Virus record (IMG/VR): IMGVR_UViG_3300001799_000004
Coordinates: 1-59,554 of that record
Reading direction: 5' to 3' (one strand)
DNA length: 59,554 bases
From: a virus
Lineage: Duplodnaviria > Caudoviricetes
The translations under genes and the position numbers were made by a program. Below, one piece after another: positions 1 through 9,548 of the stretch. The notes under the pieces were generated by a model, which was not told where the DNA came from, made no database searches, and was given only the letters and a program-made list of their open reading frames with translations. Position 1 is the stretch's first letter, and every line of letters starts with the position of its first letter.

Positions 1-1224
1 ATGGCAACCTTCAAACCAGTGTTCCCGTATGTCAAAAGTGATGGCACTTCCAGGGTGTTCATCCAGATGCTCCACAAACGACAGCGAAAACTTATTAAGA
101 CGGAAATCTATCTCACTCCGGAAGACCTTACCCGAAGTGGTAAGATTAAGAGTGAATCAATTAAGGATGATGTTGATGCCCTTATAAAGCACTACAGAGA
201 TGCAGTCCGGTCACTGGGAGTTGCAGCAGAAAGACTGAACACTGACCAACTCTATGACCGGTTGACGAACTATTCTGAAGATTCAATTGACTTCATTTCC
301 TATACACGGAAAATTGCTGAAGGGTTCAAGAAGGAAAACAGGCTCGGCATGTACCGGCTTTACAATGCAGCGATCAACTCTTTTGTGGACTTCCTGAATA
401 GAGATACGATTGATATCAATGAGATTACATCGAAGCTGCTCTTTGATTATGCAACATTTCTGAAACATTCCAATGTAAGAGGCAGGAAATCCGCAGTCAA
501 GAAAACTGGTTCCCGGGCCTTATCACTTTACACCGGAATTTATAAAGCTGTCATTAACCGGGCCAAACGTGAATTCAATGATGAAGATCACGGTATAATA
601 AAGGTATATGTGTCTCCTTTCTCCAAATTCAAGATTCCATCTGAGGCACCGACAAGGAAAAGAGCCCTATCGCCTACCCAGATTAGGATGATCAGGGATA
701 TTCAGCTTCCAGAGAATTCAAACCGGGCAACTCTGGCCAGGGATTGTTTTATGCTTTCGTTTTATTTGTGTGGGATCAATTCAGCAGATCTATACGAGCT
801 TCCCCCTATTTTGGATGGCCGGATTACCTATAAAAGAAAAAAGACCAGGACCCGAAGAAAAGATGAGGCAGAAATAAGCATCAAGGTTGAGCCGGAAGCG
901 ATGGAGATACTTCAGTGTTATTCGATCAAGGGCAAATCTATTTTCAATAAGAGATACAGCTCTCCGGATAACTTCAATCAGGCAATCAACAAAGGGTTAA
1001 AACAGATCGGGAAAATGATTGGTATACCGGACTTGACCTTTTATGCTGCCAGGCACTCCTGGGCAACAATCGCTGTCAATGATTGTAGCATCGATCGGCA
1101 TATTGTTCACCGTGCATTGAACCATGTTGACACGGCAATGAGGGTAACGGATATCTACGTGAAAGAGGACTGGTCTGCGATTGATAGGGCGAATAAGGAA
1201 GTAGCGGAGATAATTCAAGTTTAA
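1..1224 (+). CDS. int: Tyrosine recombinase/integrase (Bacteroidota type, arm-binding + SAM-like + catalytic)
   Basis: FMLSFYLCGIN, YAARHSWATIA, ALNH, TDIY catalytic motifs. Confidence 0.95.
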   Translation: MATFKPVFPYVKSDGTSRVFIQMLHKRQRKLIKTEIYLTPEDLTRSGKIKSESIKDDVDALIKHYRDAVRSLGVAAERLNTDQLYDRLTNYSEDSIDFISYTRKIAEGFKKENRLGMYRLYNAAINSFVDFLNRDTIDINEITSKLLFDYATFLKHSNVRGRKSAVKKTGSRALSLYTGIYKAVINRAKREFNDEDHGIIKVYVSPFSKFKIPSEAPTRKRALSPTQIRMIRDIQLPENSNRATLARDCFMLSFYLCGINSADLYELPPILDGRITYKRKKTRTRRKDEAEISIKVEPEAMEILQCYSIKGKSIFNKRYSSPDNFNQAINKGLKQIGKMIGIPDLTFYAARHSWATIAVNDCSIDRHIVHRALNHVDTAMRVTDIYVKEDWSAIDRANKEVAEIIQV

Positions 1225-1676
1225 CTCAAGCCAAATCTTTCAAGAGTAATTTTGTCAATTGTGGGTGAACCTTTGATCATATCCATTATCCTTTGCAGAT
1301 CATCTGGTTTAACTTGCCCTAAGTAGGCTTTTGGTTTTGTTAAAAGCAATTCCTGTATTGTTTGATATCTAATAGGGTAAATTTCTAAGCAGTCTGCGTA
1401 GCTATCATGCTTCAAATATTCATTGCCTCTCTTGCGAATAAGGTATTGATAAAGTTTCAACTCTTCACTTCTAATAACATTAAGATTTATCTCACTATTA
1501 ATTATACAAATCCCAATAAACACCTTAGAACATTCAAACCCTATAATTATGATTATTTTTTCTTTGGGGGGATTTGTAAAAGGCAGAAAGATTTTAAATA
1601 CCGAGCCAATAACAATTTTACCATCAACATATGATTGCCTAAAGGCATCAGGAAATTGATCGCTTAAAGGTGACAT
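1221..1676 (-). CDS. Putative toxin paired with Panacea antitoxin (PemK/MazF-like fold suspected)
   Basis: Stop/start overlap with upstream DUF4065-like gene; PPKEK..INS..LKHDSY pattern. Confidence 0.55.
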   Translation of the reverse strand: MSPLSDQFPDAFRQSYVDGKIVIGSVFKIFLPFTNPPKEKIIIIIGFECSKVFIGICIINSEINLNVIRSEELKLYQYLIRKRGNEYLKHDSYADCLEIYPIRYQTIQELLLTKPKAYLGQVKPDDLQRIMDMIKGSPTIDKITLERFGLS

Positions 1677-2224
1677 TAGACAAACTCAAGATTTCGATTC
1701 TCCTCAACTTCGCTAATATATTTCAGCATCTCGATGTTTGCATCTGCTGCAAGTGCAATCTTGTACATATCCATGGAATTATCTGGCCTTGGATTATTCC
1801 ATGCAATATCATGTGATTTGTCAGAGAGGGTGTTAAAGCAAAGGTCTTTATTCTCAAAAATTGATTCTGTAAGACACGAAATTGCTGACTGTGACAAATA
1901 ATCCATATTCGGATCTTCCTTTGCAATGATTGTATTATTATCCAGATATTCAAATGCAGCCGAGAAACTATCATGAACTTCTTTCAAAACCAATCCTTGA
2001 CCTTTAATTGCTTTCAAAATGTCATAAATATAAGATGGGACAGGCCCATTCTTCATTGCAAAGTATGTATCATTGACTATTAGCCTACCATAAATAGATA
2101 AATGTTTTTTCTCTGCAAAGTAGAGAATTTTAAACAATTTGTGCAGGTCAACTTTTCCCAATTGCTTAGCAATATAGAGCAACACTGCTTTCGATTTATC
2201 TACGTTAAAATGATTGTTTCCCAT
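1676..2224 (-). CDS. Panacea (DUF4065) domain antitoxin
   Basis: KLFKILYFAEKKHL..YGR, AMKNGPVPS, LSDKSHDIAW motifs. Confidence 0.85.
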   Translation of the reverse strand: MGNNHFNVDKSKAVLLYIAKQLGKVDLHKLFKILYFAEKKHLSIYGRLIVNDTYFAMKNGPVPSYIYDILKAIKGQGLVLKEVHDSFSAAFEYLDNNTIIAKEDPNMDYLSQSAISCLTESIFENKDLCFNTLSDKSHDIAWNNPRPDNSMDMYKIALAADANIEMLKYISEVEENRNLEFV

Positions 2225-2451
2225 TGTTACACATTTGAAATGTGATTAGGAGAAGATGTGTGTATAATGATAATTTGCAACAAAAGTAGAATAAATGTAG
2301 TACAAAGTAGCACATTTGTCAAGAAAAACTGAATTATGTATTTAAGTGACCCTATTTGAAAGGCTTACTCGAACAGAAATCCGGTCGCTTATGATTAATT
2401 ATTCACGTCAATCTTCAAGTCATTCATATTGTTGATGCCAAATACATGTTA

Positions 2452-2721
2452 TCAATCTTTCCTTTTCTTGATCATGGGCCCAAACCCTGTCAGCAGCCAC
2501 CGGGGATTGATGCCATAGTACCGGACAAGGGGCGTGAGCCAGGAAACCTTGAATAAAGCCCTATCTGGGTCATTCTTTTGCTTAATCAGATTTCCCCTGT
2601 TAATCCCATGGTAACGACAAAATGTTGAAACACCCTTGATCCTTTTAGTCTCGATCAGATGATCCAACGCTTGAAAGAATCTGCCGATTATTATTTTGCT
2701 TTCCTCTGGTTGCATGCCCAT
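2452..2721 (-). CDS. Small HTH-like phage protein
   Basis: C-terminal INPRWLLTGFGPM typical of XRE/CI-like domains. Confidence 0.6.
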   Translation of the reverse strand: MGMQPEESKIIIGRFFQALDHLIETKRIKGVSTFCRYHGINRGNLIKQKNDPDRALFKVSWLTPLVRYYGINPRWLLTGFGPMIKKRKD

Positions 2722-2723
2722 AC

Positions 2724-3455
2724 CTATTTAATACACAAATTAACTTGTTTAGTAACATGATCAACGGTTTTGGCCGTGATTTTTACCGGAGGGTACGGTA
2801 AATAGATAACCATCCAATAAGCTGAATCATCTGACAAAACTGTTCCAACAGAAAGAGATGCCTTACTAATTTCGAATGCGTTTAAGTAAAAAGAATCGAA
2901 TTCAACACCTTGATCATAAGGAACATATCTTTCAGAAAGAAACGATTCAAGATCAGCTGTATATGGCATGGTAATAGCTACTGAAGAAGCATCTAACCTG
3001 TCATTGCCATCAAAAAGATACAAAGTCGCCATAAGACCTGGTGTCGTACCAAAATAGCCAATTGCTGTTTGGCTTTGATAGTCTGGTGTCCCCAACTTGG
3101 AAATTAGCGATCCCCTAGAATCTCCCCATGATATTGAAGGCTCATGATAAAGATTAACTCTTCCCTTGATTGTACATGTTACCGTAATGGTTTCATTTTT
3201 TGAGGTGACAAGAATTACATTATATCCAACTTTTCGTGCATTTACATAACCAGTATTGGAAACGGTTGCGAAATAATCATCAGAACTTGAGTATTCAATT
3301 TTCTTAGGTCCCGTAGCAACAATCTGATGTGTTTCTGTTGTGAAAAGTGAAATACTGTTTATGTCAACAGACAATGGTGGTTCTGGAGTGTCTTTTTTCT
3401 TGCAGCTTGTTAAAATGACCAGCAATAAGATAGCAACTTGTATTTTTCTATTCAT
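2724..3455 (-). CDS. Lipoprotein with Ig-like (Big_2) domain; superinfection-exclusion candidate
   Basis: MNRKIQVAILLLVILTSC lipobox; YSSSDDYFATVSNTGYVNARKVG Ig-like motif; start placed at M11 of the track ORF. Confidence 0.7.
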   Translation of the reverse strand: MNRKIQVAILLLVILTSCKKKDTPEPPLSVDINSISLFTTETHQIVATGPKKIEYSSSDDYFATVSNTGYVNARKVGYNVILVTSKNETITVTCTIKGRVNLYHEPSISWGDSRGSLISKLGTPDYQSQTAIGYFGTTPGLMATLYLFDGNDRLDASSVAITMPYTADLESFLSERYVPYDQGVEFDSFYLNAFEISKASLSVGTVLSDDSAYWMVIYLPYPPVKITAKTVDHVTKQVNLCIK

Positions 3456-3527
3456 CTTAGGTATTTTTAACTGGTATGCATCCAATGATATTAAGTAGTT
3501 CAGAAAACAAGGATATGTCTTGTTACT

Positions 3528-3890
3528 TTACCTATCATCAATTTTTTTTTTTAATATCTCGCTTAGATTTTCAATTGTCCTTTGTTGACTGGATAAGACA
3601 TCAAGCACAAGCTTAGGAACCATCACTAAATCAGTAAATGTTCCATAATCTTCCTTGACTTTAATTGTCTCATTAATCAACATGCTCCCTTTATCTTCTT
3701 TCAACCACTCATAATTAATTTCTCTGTATTTATCTGTAATATCCTTAGCCAACTCAACACTAATTCCATTAAGTCCTTGAGTCACATTATAAATCTTTGT
3801 GGCATTAGCATAACCTAATTCTCTTGCCAACTTAGCAACAGTCATCTTCAAGTGATCTAATACAGATTTTATTCTTTCTGAATCAGTCAT
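3528..3890 (-). CDS. CI-like XRE repressor
   Basis: N-terminal HTH (VAKLARELG), INYEWL motif, divergent from Cro-like gene. Confidence 0.8.
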   Translation of the reverse strand: MTDSERIKSVLDHLKMTVAKLARELGYANATKIYNVTQGLNGISVELAKDITDKYREINYEWLKEDKGSMLINETIKVKEDYGTFTDLVMVPKLVLDVLSSQQRTIENLSEILKKKIDDR

Positions 3891-3925
3891 TTATAGTCTA
3901 ATTAGTAAATTTATATGTAAAATAC

Positions 3926-3955
3926 TTGACAAATCTGTAATATTCTGTATATTTG
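3926..3955 (+). promoter_or_regulatory. Rightward early promoter (Bacteroidota -33/-7)
   Basis: TTG at 3926, 19-bp spacer, TATATTTG at 3948-3955 matching TAnnTTTG. Confidence 0.7.
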
Positions 3956-3980
3956 TACCGAAAATTACTATTACATGGAG

Positions 3981-4012
3981 CGAATATACAAAAAGAGAGG
4001 TCGCAAAAGCAA
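3981..4012 (-). promoter_or_regulatory. Leftward (repressor) promoter candidate
   Basis: Minus-strand TTG (4012-4010), 21-bp spacer, TATATTCG (3988-3981). Confidence 0.45.
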
Positions 4013-4037
4013 CTATGTTGTGTCCGAAAAAGAAAAA

Positions 4038-4244
4038 ATGACTTTCAGGGGGCAGTACTTTATCCTACCTGATAAATCAGATGAAACTCCAAGAGCGCGA
4101 TTTATAAAAGAAATGGCAGCCCTTTGCCTGGTTTCAGAAACAACAGTGCGATGCTGGATTGCCGGTGAATACAAACCGGATGCCCTCAAAAAAAGCCTGA
4201 TAGCTGAAAAACTTGGTGTTTCACCTGAATTACTCTTCCCATGA
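4038..4244 (+). CDS. Cro-like HTH regulator (alternative start 3975)
   Basis: VSETTVRCWIAG..PDAL..IAEKLGVSPELLFP XRE pattern. Confidence 0.75.
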   Translation: MTFRGQYFILPDKSDETPRARFIKEMAALCLVSETTVRCWIAGEYKPDALKKSLIAEKLGVSPELLFP

Positions 4245-4795
4245 TATTCGAAACCTACAGTACCCCAGAGGGAGAAGTAATGATTGCTCCGGCCGGGCAA
4301 GCACATTTTAAGCTTGAACCACGTCACAGGGAATTTATTACAGGTATGATCGCCAGGATTAGAGAAAGTTATCCTGAGGCATACAAAGCAATGAGTGAAG
4401 CCTACAAAGCTTCATCAGACTCCTTATTCTATTATGAATTTCTGATTGTCCGTCGGTTTCTCAAATGCAACTTCGGAAACTTTGACAATGTGCTTGACTT
4501 TGATTCATGTACATTCAAGTTTGAGTTTGTGTCCTGCCCAATGAGGGGAGAATGCAAGTATGACCAGGTTATCTGCAACCCAAAATTCAACAGTAGTCTT
4601 TCTGAGCGAGAACTTCAAGTGATGAAGCTATTCCACGCCGGCCTTAACGAGAGCCAAATTGCCGACAAACTGTATATCAGTATTAACACCGTACTAAATC
4701 ACAAAAAGGCCTCTTTCAGAAAAACAGGAAGCCATACGCTGGCTGATTTTATGACCTTTTCAAATAAGTATAACCTTTTTGCGCATGGAAATTGA
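4241..4795 (+). CDS. LuxR-type HTH regulator with Cys-rich N-terminal region
   Basis: LSERELQVMKL..IADKLYISINTV; CPMRGEC..C. Confidence 0.85.
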   Translation: MIFETYSTPEGEVMIAPAGQAHFKLEPRHREFITGMIARIRESYPEAYKAMSEAYKASSDSLFYYEFLIVRRFLKCNFGNFDNVLDFDSCTFKFEFVSCPMRGECKYDQVICNPKFNSSLSERELQVMKLFHAGLNESQIADKLYISINTVLNHKKASFRKTGSHTLADFMTFSNKYNLFAHGN

Positions 4796-5051
4796 ACCCT
4801 ATAAACTTCATCAGATTCTTCAGTCTGCAGCTGAACTTGGAGCTCTCAATGCTTTAAAGAAAGTTGGTCTCTACGGAAAAGATGAAATAAGCCAGCGAGA
4901 AGCCTACAGGCGTTTTGGTGAGGCAAATGTGAAGAAATGGAAACACCTAGGCCGAATTAAAAGGATTAAAACTGGCTTAGGAAACCACAAAGCAACATAC
5001 TCAGTTGCGGAACTCGAATCAATTTATTCAGCCGAAAAACTTGCCATATGA
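4779..5051 (+). CDS. Excisionase-like winged-HTH protein
   Basis: ISQREAYRRFG..VKKW..GRIK, small basic, early region. Confidence 0.55.
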   Translation: MRMEIEPYKLHQILQSAAELGALNALKKVGLYGKDEISQREAYRRFGEANVKKWKHLGRIKRIKTGLGNHKATYSVAELESIYSAEKLAI

Positions 5052-5350
5052 AAAAAACAATCAGTCGAAAACAACTTGCTGGTATTGTCAGCTGCATCAC
5101 AAGGGTGCCCAAGAAAGATGCTGAATTGGTTATTACTGCTTCATGCGATGTGATAATGAAGCAGATTACCAAAGGACACATTATCAAGATCAACGGCTTC
5201 GGGACATTTGAATCTGTCTGGAGAAAAAGCAAAACTGGCAGGGACCTTAGCAGAGGCCAATCGGTTCATATTCCGGCCCATGCGTCTCCAATATTTAGGC
5301 CAAGTACGCAATTTAAAAATAAAGTGAAAAACCTAATTCCTAAACATTAA
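5048..5350 (+). CDS. hup: HU/IHF family DNA-binding protein
   Basis: INGFGTFE..RKSKTGRD..IPA..PIFRPS signature. Confidence 0.9.
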   Translation: MKKTISRKQLAGIVSCITRVPKKDAELVITASCDVIMKQITKGHIIKINGFGTFESVWRKSKTGRDLSRGQSVHIPAHASPIFRPSTQFKNKVKNLIPKH

Positions 5351-5355
5351 TACCG

Positions 5356-5631
5356 ATGAAACAATGCCAAAAAACATGCAGGACTCTTTATGAGGAATTC
5401 TGCAACAAATTCACACAAGATCAGGTTATGGCTGACATTGAACTCAGGGCCATTTACAATTACCTGACCTACCGTTGTTCAATGAGTGATGGTAATTACC
5501 TTCATGAACCCCGCGAGACAACCCGACAGCTTATCATTAAACACCTTTATTACGATCCTAAAACAGAAAAGCCCACCCCAGAGGGCGAGCTAATCTCAAA
5601 CAATGCCGGGTCAAATGTACACATCCAATAA
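5356..5631 (+). CDS. Hypothetical phage protein
   Basis: ORF packed in early operon. Confidence 0.55.
   Translation: MKQCQKTCRTLYEEFCNKFTQDQVMADIELRAIYNYLTYRCSMSDGNYLHEPRETTRQLIIKHLYYDPKTEKPTPEGELISNNAGSNVHIQ
5562..5610 (-). ncRNA. Putative short antisense RNA (OOP-like)
   Basis: Minus-strand promoter TTGAC-N18-TACATTTG (5642-5612) followed by hairpin AGCTCGCCC-TCTG-GGGTGGGCT plus U-rich tail (5591-5562). Confidence 0.45.
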
Positions 5632-5675
5632 GCAATTGTCAATCGAAAGTTATTCACACCTAAATACTTCAAACA

Positions 5676-6620
5676 ATGCCAATTCTAAAAAAAGAAGAAA
5701 GCCTCCCCGAACGACCAGTTGTGATCGTTCTTTACGGGGAGCCGGGGATCGGTAAAACATCCCTGTTTAACACAAGTGATCAACCTCTGCTAATCGACTT
5801 TGACCGTGGAGTTGACCGTAGTATTAACAGACAGGATACCCTAATTGTCCACAAGTGGGAGGATGTTCAGACGGAGGAAAGCTCAGGCACATTTGGCCAC
5901 TACCAAACAATTGGAATAGATACAGCCAAGGCAGCCCTTGATGACTTCCTGATGTCGTATGTTGTGAAACAAGACTACTCAGCTGCTAAAAACAAGCTCA
6001 AGGCCTATGGTGCCATCGGTGATGAGTTCAAGCTTTTTGTAAGCAACCGCCGGAGCGAAAACGCTGACTTAATCATCATTGCCCATGCAAAGGATGAAAA
6101 AGAAGGTGATATCGTTAAAAAGATTCCGGACGTGACCGGTCAGTCATACAACCTGTTACTTCGTATCGCTGACCAGGTTGGTTATATGCGTACGATCAAC
6201 AACAAGCGCTCCATTCAGTGGGAACCAACCGATTCCACTATCGGGAAAAACGTTGCCCGTCTTCCGGTGACAGAAATTCCGAATGAAACCGATCCAGCTT
6301 TCAGAACCTATATGGCCCATATTATTGAGAATGTGAAAGAAGCCATCTCACAGATGAGTGAAGCGCAGAGAGAAGCACTTGAGAAGGTTGCCATCTATCA
6401 GGACAGGATTGCAAAGGTAACTGAGCCGGATGATTTAACCGGACTTCTTGCTGTGATCAATGAGTTGCCACTTTCATACAGCCAGGCCTTACGGAAGCTT
6501 GTTTCCGACAGAGCTAAAGAGCTTGGGTTTGTGGTTAACAAAACCTCAAAGGCTTTTGAAAAGCCTGCTGCCCCATCCACTGCTGCACAAACCCAGACTG
6601 GTCAAACTTCGATTGTGTAG
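5676..6620 (+). CDS. Sak4-like AAA ATPase / recombinase
   Basis: YGEPGIGKTS Walker A, LLIDFDRG, IGIDT, IIIAH. Confidence 0.85.
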   Translation: MPILKKEESLPERPVVIVLYGEPGIGKTSLFNTSDQPLLIDFDRGVDRSINRQDTLIVHKWEDVQTEESSGTFGHYQTIGIDTAKAALDDFLMSYVVKQDYSAAKNKLKAYGAIGDEFKLFVSNRRSENADLIIIAHAKDEKEGDIVKKIPDVTGQSYNLLLRIADQVGYMRTINNKRSIQWEPTDSTIGKNVARLPVTEIPNETDPAFRTYMAHIIENVKEAISQMSEAQREALEKVAIYQDRIAKVTEPDDLTGLLAVINELPLSYSQALRKLVSDRAKELGFVVNKTSKAFEKPAAPSTAAQTQTGQTSIV

Positions 6621-6622
6621 CT

Positions 6623-7273
6623 ATGTATAGAGTATCAGTTTCCATACTTGAGAAGTTTCGCCGGATGGTGGACAATGTATCAGACTACGATACCGAGAAA
6701 GCCTTGATCGAAAGCATAACCGGGAGATTTGTCGGCAACGACAAAACCCGGTTAGGGCAGGCCTTTCACAAGATCATTGAATTGCCGTTTGAACTGAACG
6801 GTTCACTTACTGTTGAAGGGATAACCTTTACGCCTGAGCAGGCACAGCCTGCGATAAATTATCGCAATGCACATCCACAGATGATTCATGAGGTGCCCAC
6901 TAAGAAGATCTATCATACCAAACACCTTGTATTGTTAGTGACTGGTCGTGCTGATGGTATTGAAGGTATTCAGATCAGGGATGCAAAAACCAAGTTCAGC
7001 TACCCTGGATGGGGAGAGTATTACTCATCGTGCCAGTGGAAGTTCTATTTGGACATGTTTGACGCCCAGTCTTTCTGGTATGATGTGTTTGAGATCAGAG
7101 GGTATAATGGCACTGAACCGTCGGGTCGCTTTGAAGGCCAGATCATACCTCACGAACCCTTCCCCTGCCTGCGCTATGACAAACTCTCTGAGGACATTCA
7201 GAGTCTCGCTGAGGAGTTTGCCAATTTTATGACAATCAAGAATTACACTCACCTCTTAACAAAAGTGTCATGA
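6623..7273 (+). CDS. PD-(D/E)XK Cas4/RecB-like exonuclease
   Basis: GQAFH, GRADG..IRDAKT, QWKFY motifs. Confidence 0.75.
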   Translation: MYRVSVSILEKFRRMVDNVSDYDTEKALIESITGRFVGNDKTRLGQAFHKIIELPFELNGSLTVEGITFTPEQAQPAINYRNAHPQMIHEVPTKKIYHTKHLVLLVTGRADGIEGIQIRDAKTKFSYPGWGEYYSSCQWKFYLDMFDAQSFWYDVFEIRGYNGTEPSGRFEGQIIPHEPFPCLRYDKLSEDIQSLAEEFANFMTIKNYTHLLTKVS

Positions 7274-7485
7274 AAATCAATAAGATCATTTCCCAATATC
7301 GGCGTGATTTCACCGCAATTTATGAATGTGAGCATTGTGGCCACACACATGAAGGTTCTGGCTACGATGACTCTTACTTCCACAACGAGGTAATTCCACA
7401 GAAAGAATGTCCTCGATGCAATAAAAAAGCTGATGGTTCATACAGACCATTGGCTCCAAAGTACCCGGACCAAGTAACAATTTAA
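7270..7485 (+). CDS. Zinc-ribbon protein
   Basis: CEHC...CPRC. Confidence 0.7.
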   Translation: MKINKIISQYRRDFTAIYECEHCGHTHEGSGYDDSYFHNEVIPQKECPRCNKKADGSYRPLAPKYPDQVTI

Positions 7486-7497
7486 TAACTCATAAGC

Positions 7498-7806
7498 ATG
7501 AAAAAAGAACAGCTTAAAAAAGGTAACGAGCTTAAGAGGCTTATTGATGACCTATGTACCAGAATCAAAGCAATTAGTGCAATTGAGGATGGAACTCATA
7601 CTCCTGGTGCTGTTAAACTGGAATTACAGGCAAAACCAGGGAGTTCGAACGGTGATTTCCATAACGACCACTTTTCTAGCGGTAACGACATACCGTTGGA
7701 ACTTAAAGAGAAAGTGACTGAAGAGCTTATTGATTGCGCCTCAAGAATCAGAAGGATTTTCGAAAAGGAAATCAAAAAACTCGAAAAGGAGTTTGAATCA
7801 CTTTAA
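7498..7806 (+). CDS. Hypothetical phage protein
   Basis: ORF packing. Confidence 0.6.
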   Translation: MKKEQLKKGNELKRLIDDLCTRIKAISAIEDGTHTPGAVKLELQAKPGSSNGDFHNDHFSSGNDIPLELKEKVTEELIDCASRIRRIFEKEIKKLEKEFESL

Positions 7807-7817
7807 TACTAAATAAA

Positions 7818-8384
7818 ATGACAAAAATCCTATTCTTCGACGTTGAAACAACAGGTCTCGATTACAAAATTCACGGGATTCACCAGCTTGGAGGAATCCT
7901 TGAAGTTAATGGTAATGTTGTTGATAAATTTGGATTCCGCATCAAACCTGCAGAAAATCTCAAGATTGATGAATCTGCTTTAAAAGTTTCCGGAATCACC
8001 CTTGAAGATCTTCTCAGTTATCCATCCGAGAGTGAGGTCTATAAAAGACTTATCGCTATACTATCAAAGTACATCGACAAGTACGACAAGCAAGACAAAG
8101 CTTTTCTTGCCGGTTGGAACAATGCCGCATTTGACAATGCATTTCTAAGAGCATTTTTTGAAAGAAACAATGATCAATACTTCGGCTCATGGTTCTGGTC
8201 AAACCCGCTTGATGTGATGGTTTCAGCAACACAACACTTACTTGAACAGAGGGCAAAACTCCCGAACTTCAAACTGGTAACTGTCGCAGAAAGACTCCTT
8301 GGAAGCATTGATCCCTTAATGCTCCACGATGCCAATTATGACATCGAACTCACAAGAAACATTTTCATAATTATCAATTCTTAG
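7818..8384 (+). CDS. DEDDh 3'-5' exonuclease (DnaQ-like)
   Basis: FFDVETTGL, N..FD, HDANYD. Confidence 0.9.
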   Translation: MTKILFFDVETTGLDYKIHGIHQLGGILEVNGNVVDKFGFRIKPAENLKIDESALKVSGITLEDLLSYPSESEVYKRLIAILSKYIDKYDKQDKAFLAGWNNAAFDNAFLRAFFERNNDQYFGSWFWSNPLDVMVSATQHLLEQRAKLPNFKLVTVAERLLGSIDPLMLHDANYDIELTRNIFIIINS

Positions 8385-8389
8385 TTCAA

Positions 8390-8857
8390 ATGGAAAACGC
8401 AATTGCACAATTCACTTATCTCCCCTCCACAAAAGCCGAAAGGGAGACATTTGTCCAAATGTGCGTGGACGAGATCACTTCAGGTGCCCGGAACCCCTTG
8501 CAGCTTGAGATTATGCTCAAGAATCTGGAAGAAACTGTAAACGCTATCAGGAAGCATCCTGAAGTAAAAGAAGCTATTCAAGCTGAGGCAGAAAAGTTTA
8601 ATGAAAAGACTTTTAAAGTCTTTGGTTGCTCTGTTACTAAAGCCAGTCGTGCTAGTTACGATTTTACACATTGTCAAGACAGCACCTGGGAAAGATTGAA
8701 TTCTAATAAACAAAGCATTTCAGAACAGCTTAAGGATCGAGAGAATTTCCTGAAAGCAATAAAACCCGGAATGTCGGTTGCTGACCCAGATACAGGTGAG
8801 ATAATCTATCCCCCATCCTGGACTTCGTCTGAATACTTGACGATCAAACTGCCATGA
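8390..8857 (+). CDS. Hypothetical phage protein
   Basis: ORF packing; DPDTGEI motif common in phage early proteins. Confidence 0.65.
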   Translation: MENAIAQFTYLPSTKAERETFVQMCVDEITSGARNPLQLEIMLKNLEETVNAIRKHPEVKEAIQAEAEKFNEKTFKVFGCSVTKASRASYDFTHCQDSTWERLNSNKQSISEQLKDRENFLKAIKPGMSVADPDTGEIIYPPSWTSSEYLTIKLP

Positions 8858-9008
8858 TAAAACTTGATGCTTGTAGTACCATAATTGACGAGGAACAATT
8901 TCTCCTTGTTCAGATGACCCGGGCCAGAGGGGATCCGGAATCCACGGTTACCCAAGCTTCAATTCACCTGATTGAAAAATATGAAATAGCCACAGAAAAG
9001 AAAGTAAT

Positions 9009-9545
9009 ATGGAAAAGCGAATTAAAAAAGCCAAAATCAAAGGAAGAAGCCTCGAAGTCGAGCTTACCGAATCCGTTGACACCGGCAACGGACCAGTCAC
9101 AAATGAAGTTGTTTTGAAGTGCACAGGTTTGGTACATGGCGACCTACTTGCCAGGTTTGACCGGTTGAAAATCCATCTGGTGAAGATCTGCGACATGAAA
9201 AAGTCAGAAACTATCACTGCTGAAAACATTGAGAACTTCGACCTGAGCATCCTTGATGATTATCAGGTTAAAGGTTTCTCAATTGGTGGAGATGATGAAC
9301 ATGAGGGAGTTGTCCTAATAGGTGCCCGGGAATTTGAATCAGGTAAGATTTTAAACCTTGTTTCACCCTTCACGAAATTCAGCGATGGACACGCTCCATA
9401 TGAATTTGAGAGCGACCTCTACAATGATGTTCAGGCGTGTGTTTACGAAGTTGAACTCTATCTCGAGGGCAAGTATCTCATAAAGCAACTGGGGCTTTTT
9501 GACGAAGAAGAGCAACCTGTAGAACATGAAACTGAGGCTGCATAA
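9009..9545 (+). CDS. Hypothetical acidic phage protein
   Basis: ORF with acidic C-terminus ending just before the tRNA-like element. Confidence 0.65.
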   Translation: MEKRIKKAKIKGRSLEVELTESVDTGNGPVTNEVVLKCTGLVHGDLLARFDRLKIHLVKICDMKKSETITAENIENFDLSILDDYQVKGFSIGGDDEHEGVVLIGAREFESGKILNLVSPFTKFSDGHAPYEFESDLYNDVQACVYEVELYLEGKYLIKQLGLFDEEEQPVEHETEAA

Positions 9546-9548
9546 TGG

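Noticed and set aside
6623-7273. CRISPR-Cas locus
   Set aside because: Cas4-like fold sits in a recombination module; no repeat-spacer array seen anywhere in the window
8854-9117. 87-aa ORF
   Set aside because: Overlaps the better-supported ORF at 9009 by 109 bp and has no recognisable motif; left unannotated
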